Positions 59,293 through 64,000 of a stretch of 64,000 nt of DNA are shown piece after piece; within the stretch, counting starts at the first letter, position 1; the number at the start of each line of letters is the position of its first letter. This DNA is from a bacterium. GTDB lineage: Bacteria > UBA8248 > JACPRG01 > G963555815. The notes under the pieces are model-generated. The model saw only the letters and a program-made list of their open reading frames with translations. It did no database searches and was not told the DNA's origin. Both the position numbers and the translations under genes were made by a program. The stretch is taken from assembly GCA_965261595.1 (NCBI GenBank), contig CBDHDG010000004.1, positions 544,001 to 608,000 of the forward strand. The letters are read 5' to 3'.

Positions 59293-61163
59293 ATGCCACA
59301 ACCACGCTCGGTCGGAATCAGAGACATCCTCGGCATCGCTGCGGCGCTGGGTCTTTCATTCTTCCTGATCGCGACACCCGCGCGGGCCGCCTCCCCCTCC
59401 CCCACCGCGGAAAAACCCGCCAAACCGAAGGTTGAAAAATCCCTCCAGGGTCCGCGCCTGGCGCAGGGAGCCAAACCGGCAAAGTCAAACGGCGCGGAGA
59501 CGGACGCCCGGGCCGCCCACGCGGCCCTCCTTGCCGAAAGCAAGTATCCCTCGGCGGCGACGTGCGGATCCTGCCATCCGCAACACTACAACAAGAGTGG
59601 TCGGTCTCACAGCATTCATATTCTCAACTGAGTCCGATGTACATGGCTATCAACAACTTTCTCAATTCAGTGACCAGCGGGACCATGGGGGACTTCTGCC
59701 TGCGCTGCCACAGCCAGGTCGGCGCGAACCTCGGCGAATCGTCATTCATCTCCAACCTCGAGCGGCATCCAACCTCCCGGGAAGGCATCACCTGCGTGGT
59801 GTGTCACCGGACCAACAAGGTATACAACAAGGTCAGCGGACGCATCGCCCTGGTCGAGGGGAGCCTCCTCGACCCCGTCTATGGACCCACCGGCAACAAG
59901 GAGCTCGCCCGCGTTTTGAAAGAGGGGCGGTTCGAAACGAAGGACATCAAGAAACCGGGACGGAAGATCCACAGAAAGGCGATAAAATTTTCCGCGATCT
60001 CCTCCTCGACTTTCTGCGGCACCTGCCACGATGTCACCCTGGTCAACGGCTTCCGGTTGGAAGAGGCCTTCAGCGAATACCGGGTCTCACCGGCCGCCCG
60101 TCGCGGTGTCTCCTGTCAGGACTGCCACATGGGCAAGGTCCAGGGGGTCGCCGCGGGTTATAACCGCGGGCCCGCCGCGATTGTCGACGGCAAACCGACC
60201 CGGACGCGGAAGATCACCAACCACCTGTTCGCCGGGCCGGATTACTCGGTCATCCATCCGGGGATCTTTCCGCATAACACCGACGCCCAGCAGATGGCCA
60301 CGCTCCGGGAATGGCTCAAGTTCAATTACAAGGCAGGCTGGGGAACGGACAAGTTCGAGGACGACGCCGGTGACGACTACAAGTTCCCGGAGCGTTGGGA
60401 GTCGCTCGACGACCGATACGAAGCGCGTGATATCCTCGACTAACAGTTCAAGCGCCTCGAATGGGCGCGGGAAAAACGCCTGGAGCTCCTGCGCAACGGA
60501 TACCTCCTCGGCCCCATCGAGACCCTGCGTGCCGCCAAGGAAGGCATCGGCTTCCGAGTCCAGGTGAAAAACGCCACCGACGGACACAACGTGCCGACCG
60601 GCTTCACGGGCGAGCGTTTGGTGTGGCTCCAGGTGACGGTCATAGACCGCACGGGGGCCGTGATTTTCCGATCGGGAGATTTGGACCCCAACGGCGACCT
60701 GCGCGATGTCGAATCATCTTACGTCCACAACGGCGAGTTGCCGCTGGACCGCCAGCTCTTCAACCTCCAGTCGCGCTTCGTGGTCAAGAACCTTCGCGGC
60801 GGCGAGCGGGAGCGGGTGATCCCCATCCCCTACCCCATCAGCGCGCTGCCTTTCGTCCGGCCGTCCATCTTCTCCCTGATCCTCACGGGCGAGCCGACGA
60901 CGGAGCGAAACCACCGAAAAGGCATCGAGCCCCTGGGACACCGCTGGGCGAAATACCGGATCCCGGGCAAGGCCCTCACCGGGAAAGGCCCCTATCAGGC
61001 CAACGTCAAGCTCATGGCCGCCATGATACCGATCAATCTGGTTGCGGCCGTTCAAGGCGTGGGGTTCGATTTCAACATGAGCGCCCGCGCGGTGGGCGAC
61101 GCGGTGGTGGCCGGACACGACGTCCTCTGGGAAAAAAATGTCGCCTTCAAGATCGACCCCTAG
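59293..61163 (+). pseudogene. Periplasmic pentaheme c-type cytochrome (c554-like domains), frameshift plus nonsense
   Basis: CGSCH, CLRCH, CVVCH, CGTCH, CQDCH and GHNVPTG. Frameshift near 59592; in-frame TAA at 60441-60443 continues into ORF 60564-61163. Confidence 0.85.
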
Positions 61164-61257
61164 TAGAATCACCGAGATTCAGGGCGCTTGAGGACGCAGG
61201 CCCGTATCTGATATACAACGGGCTGGATGATAAGGTCCGCAATGGAGACTTTCGTGT

Positions 61258-62675
61258 ATGCGCCAATCGCCTAGACGCTTGCTTGGGCCGTTCCTTCCGG
61301 CGACGGGCGCCGTCGTCCGCCTCGCACTCGCCCTCCTTCTTTCCGGGGCGCTGTCGGCTTGCGGCGGGATATACCCTTTGAGCGAGACAACGAAGGTCAG
61401 CCGGCTTCCCGACAAACCCATCCGGTTCCGGACGAAAGGAGATATTCCGGATCGGCCTCCACTCATCCTGGAGCTGGGCGATCCCTTCCTGGCCCCGGGC
61501 AATCTCCGCGCCGGCTTCGAGCTGCCGACGGGCGCGGTGTGGCAACCGAGGCTCTGGGTGTTCGGGACTTTACGGACCGCGCTTCAGACCTTCGACAACG
61601 GCGTCACCCCGCCCACCCCGGAATGGGTGAACCGTTTTGACCTGTTCGCCAACCTCCAGCTGACGGGAACCGAAAAGATCGTCTTCGGCATCCGCCCCCT
61701 GGACAAAAACCGATTCAACGCCTTTTCCGGCTACGCCATTGAAGAGGACAGGGTCAAAAACGAGCTCAACGCGAACATCCGCACCTTCTTCTTTGAGGGC
61801 GACTTCGGAAGCCTGTTTCCAATCTGGACAAGCAGGGATTCCTCCCCATCGATCTCGGCTTTTCGATCGGCCGCCAGCCGCTCCTGTTCCAGGACGGCAT
61901 TCTGATCAACGACACCGTCGACTCGTTTGGGCTCGTCCGCAACAACGTTCGCCTTCCCGGCGTGTCGAACCTGCGCATCTCCGGCGTTTACGGGTGGGAC
62001 GAGCTCGACACCCGCAACGACCGACAGGCCTATATGTTGGGACTTTTCCTCGCGGCTGACATACCGACCAGCACGCTGGAGCTCGACGCCATCTACGTCA
62101 ACGAAGACCGGCCCGACAGGGGCTCTTTCCATGCCGGCTTCGCTACAACCCAAAGAATCGGGCACATCAGCACCACGTTCCGGGTCCTCGGCTCTTACGC
62201 CGAGGCCGAGAGCAACGCCCGTGTCGCGGACGGCGTCCTGTTGACTTCCGAGGTGTCGTGGACGCCGCAATCCTCGGACGACATCGTATACATCACCTCC
62301 TATGTGGCGATCGATAACTTCACGCAGGCGGGACGGGAGCCGATCGTCGGAGGTCCCTTGGCGGCGCTCGGGATTCTGTTCGCCTCACCGGGCCTCGGAA
62401 ACCATCTGTCCGAGCTTAGCAGCCTCACCAACGACATCGTGGGCGGCGCAGTCGGATACCAGGCGTTCTGGGACAACCACCGCCGCAACCTCGTCCTGGA
62501 GCTGGCGGGTCGAGCGGACACGAGCGGCGAAGGACTCAACGACTTCGCCTTGGGCTTTCAATTCCAACAGGCGTTTTTCCGGCGGATCCTCCTCCAGGTC
62601 GAAAGCTTCTACGCCGTTCAGGAAGATCGGGACGACGCTTACGGGGCCCGTTCGGAGATCCTCATCCAGTTCTAA
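61258..62675 (+). pseudogene. Putative outer-membrane beta-barrel/lipoprotein, frameshifted
   Basis: Lipobox-like LSA-C, alternating beta-strand pattern and C-terminal EILIQF; a 1-nt deletion near 61821 joins the two ORFs. Confidence 0.7.
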
Positions 62676-62834
62676 CGTTGCCGTTCCCGCCCTCGAACCT
62701 TTCTCCCGGCGCGAACCTCATTCCTATTCCACGCAAGTGATTTTCTACGGAGGCGGGAGCGGTCCGGCTGTCGGAAAGCGCCTCCCCTTCCCTCTCTCCT
62801 TCCCGCCCGCCCGGTCCCCAACGGTCACCCCGGA

Positions 62835-63212
62835 TCATCCCACTGGGGCGATGCGCGCCTCGTTGCGGATGAAGGGCTCAAAGACCGCCATCAGGGATGA
62901 AGGCCATTCCAGCTCGGCGCAGATCGCGAACATGTGCTCGACCCACGCGTCTCTTTGTGCGTCGGTGATTGGAAGCGGGTGGTGGGCGTTGATCAGGGAC
63001 CTGATGCCGCGCTGCCGCGTGTACTCCCGCGGGCCGCCGAGGACCTCGATCAAGAAGAGCGCCATGCGCCCGGCATGGTCCTCCTCCGGGTCCCGGAACA
63101 ATGGGTGCAGAAGCGGGTCCGCGAGGATGCGGTCGTAGAACTTCCCGGTCAGCCGGTGGATTCCCGCATCCCCGCCGGCCAATTCATAGAGGCTTTCCAC
63201 CACGGGAGACAT
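62835..63212 (-). CDS. Truncated (2/2) hemoglobin, group II-like
   Basis: SLYELAGG, FYDRI..DP.L..LF, LGGPREY, AH..LPIT and RDAW. Confidence 0.85.
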   Translation of the reverse strand: MSPVVESLYELAGGDAGIHRLTGKFYDRILADPLLHPLFRDPEEDHAGRMALFLIEVLGGPREYTRQRGIRSLINAHHPLPITDAQRDAWVEHMFAICAELEWPSSLMAVFEPFIRNEARIAPVG

Positions 63213-63276
63213 CCAACTCAGTCGGGGTCCAAGGGACCCGAAGCAATTTGAAACCCCGAACAATACACCTTAGCGG

Positions 63277-63750
63277 CTAGTGCGACCCGGAGACCGACAA
63301 CCCATGTTTTTCGAAATACTGCTGATGATAATCCTCCGCCGGGTAATACACCGAAGCGGCCGTGATCTCCGTCACGATGGGCCCGGGAAACCGGCCGGCT
63401 TTCTCGGCTTCCTCCTTCGACGCCCGGGCCGAGGCTTCCTGTTCCGGGCTGTGGAAGAAAGCGGCCGAGCGATATTGCGTGCCCACGTCCGGACCCTGCC
63501 GATTCAGCGTGGTCGGGTCGTGGTTGGCCCAGAACACGTCCAAAAGCTCGTCGTAGGAGACCACGGACGGGTCGAACTCCACCTCGACGACTTCAGCGTG
63601 CCCCGTCCGTCCCGTGCACACGTCCTGATAGGTCGGGTTCTCGATTGTCCCGCCGCTGTATCCGACGCTTGTCGATGTCACCCCCCGGACCTGCCGGAAC
63701 GCCGCCTCGACGCCCCAGAAACATCCCGCTCCAAACGTGGCCTTCTCCAT
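63277..63750 (-). CDS. msrA: Peptide-methionine (S)-S-oxide reductase
   Basis: [22 protein letters not shown] and AEDYHQQY. Confidence 0.96.
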   Translation of the reverse strand: MEKATFGAGCFWGVEAAFRQVRGVTSTSVGYSGGTIENPTYQDVCTGRTGHAEVVEVEFDPSVVSYDELLDVFWANHDPTTLNRQGPDVGTQYRSAAFFHSPEQEASARASKEEAEKAGRFPGPIVTEITAASVYYPAEDYHQQYFEKHGLSVSGSH

Positions 63751-63829
63751 GGACCGCTCCCTTCGTTTTGGAATCTCCGGCGAAGATGACCCGCCGATCT
63801 CCTCGGAGGCAATCCGAGCCGTCCGAGGC

Positions 63830-64000
63830 TTATCGGGCCATCCCCGCGTAATCCCAAGTCAACACGTTCACGGGGTCGAGACGGACCACCCGCGTCTTCC
63901 CGGCGCTGAGAATGCGGACATAAGGATGATCCTCCGACCCGCAGTGCCGATGCGCAAAGGCAATCTGGTAGGTGCGCAGGACATCGGGATCTTCCACAAC
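63830..64000 (-). CDS. Partial CDS (C-terminus), possibly pyridoxamine 5'-phosphate oxidase family
   Basis: VVEDPDVL...[20 protein letters not shown]. Confidence 0.45.
   Translation of the reverse strand, partial: VVEDPDVLRTYQIAFAHRHCGSEDHPYVRILSAGKTRVVRLDPVNVLTWDYAGMAR

Noticed and set aside
60441..60443. In-frame TAA as recoding
   Set aside because: TAA is not a Sec or Pyl codon and the gene also has a frameshift.

Overview
GC-rich, Gram-negative-type bacterial DNA with four parts. (1) 1-17 kb: a largely intact catabolic island with an SDR, an M24 peptidase, an ACMSD-like amidohydrolase, two triple-domain Rid proteins, a sugar-type ABC transporter, a lone molybdenum hydroxylase large subunit, an OYE-family oxidoreductase and a GntR gene broken by a nonsense codon. 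The ORF track splits one gene here in two: a DUF3179-family selenoprotein (5023-6870) with an in-frame UGA in a UxxC motif, followed by an fdhF-like SECIS hairpin. (2) 17-48 kb: nested mobile DNA. It holds seven of the window's eight near-identical 1404-bp IS3-family copies, a cargo-carrying IS1595 element, an IS256, a second IS3-type element, remnants of P4/PICI-like satellites (AlpA, D5/P4 helicase, iteron-like origin, TerS-like gene, portal fragment, tRNA-Ala-like att, truncated integrase), a HEPN/MNT toxin-antitoxin pair and a second catabolic operon. (3) 48-62.7 kb: a divergent multiheme cytochrome / 4Fe-4S-cNMP / flavin-ferredoxin reductase / beta-barrel cluster. Five of its seven genes carry frameshifts or stops, and it is split by a transposase-less IS1595-type element that carries a surface lipoprotein and the eighth IS3 copy. 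(4) 62.8-64 kb: truncated globin, msrA and a partial gene. The IS burst plus module-specific gene decay suggests a genome early in reduction (inference). All family calls come from motif recognition; no database searches were run.
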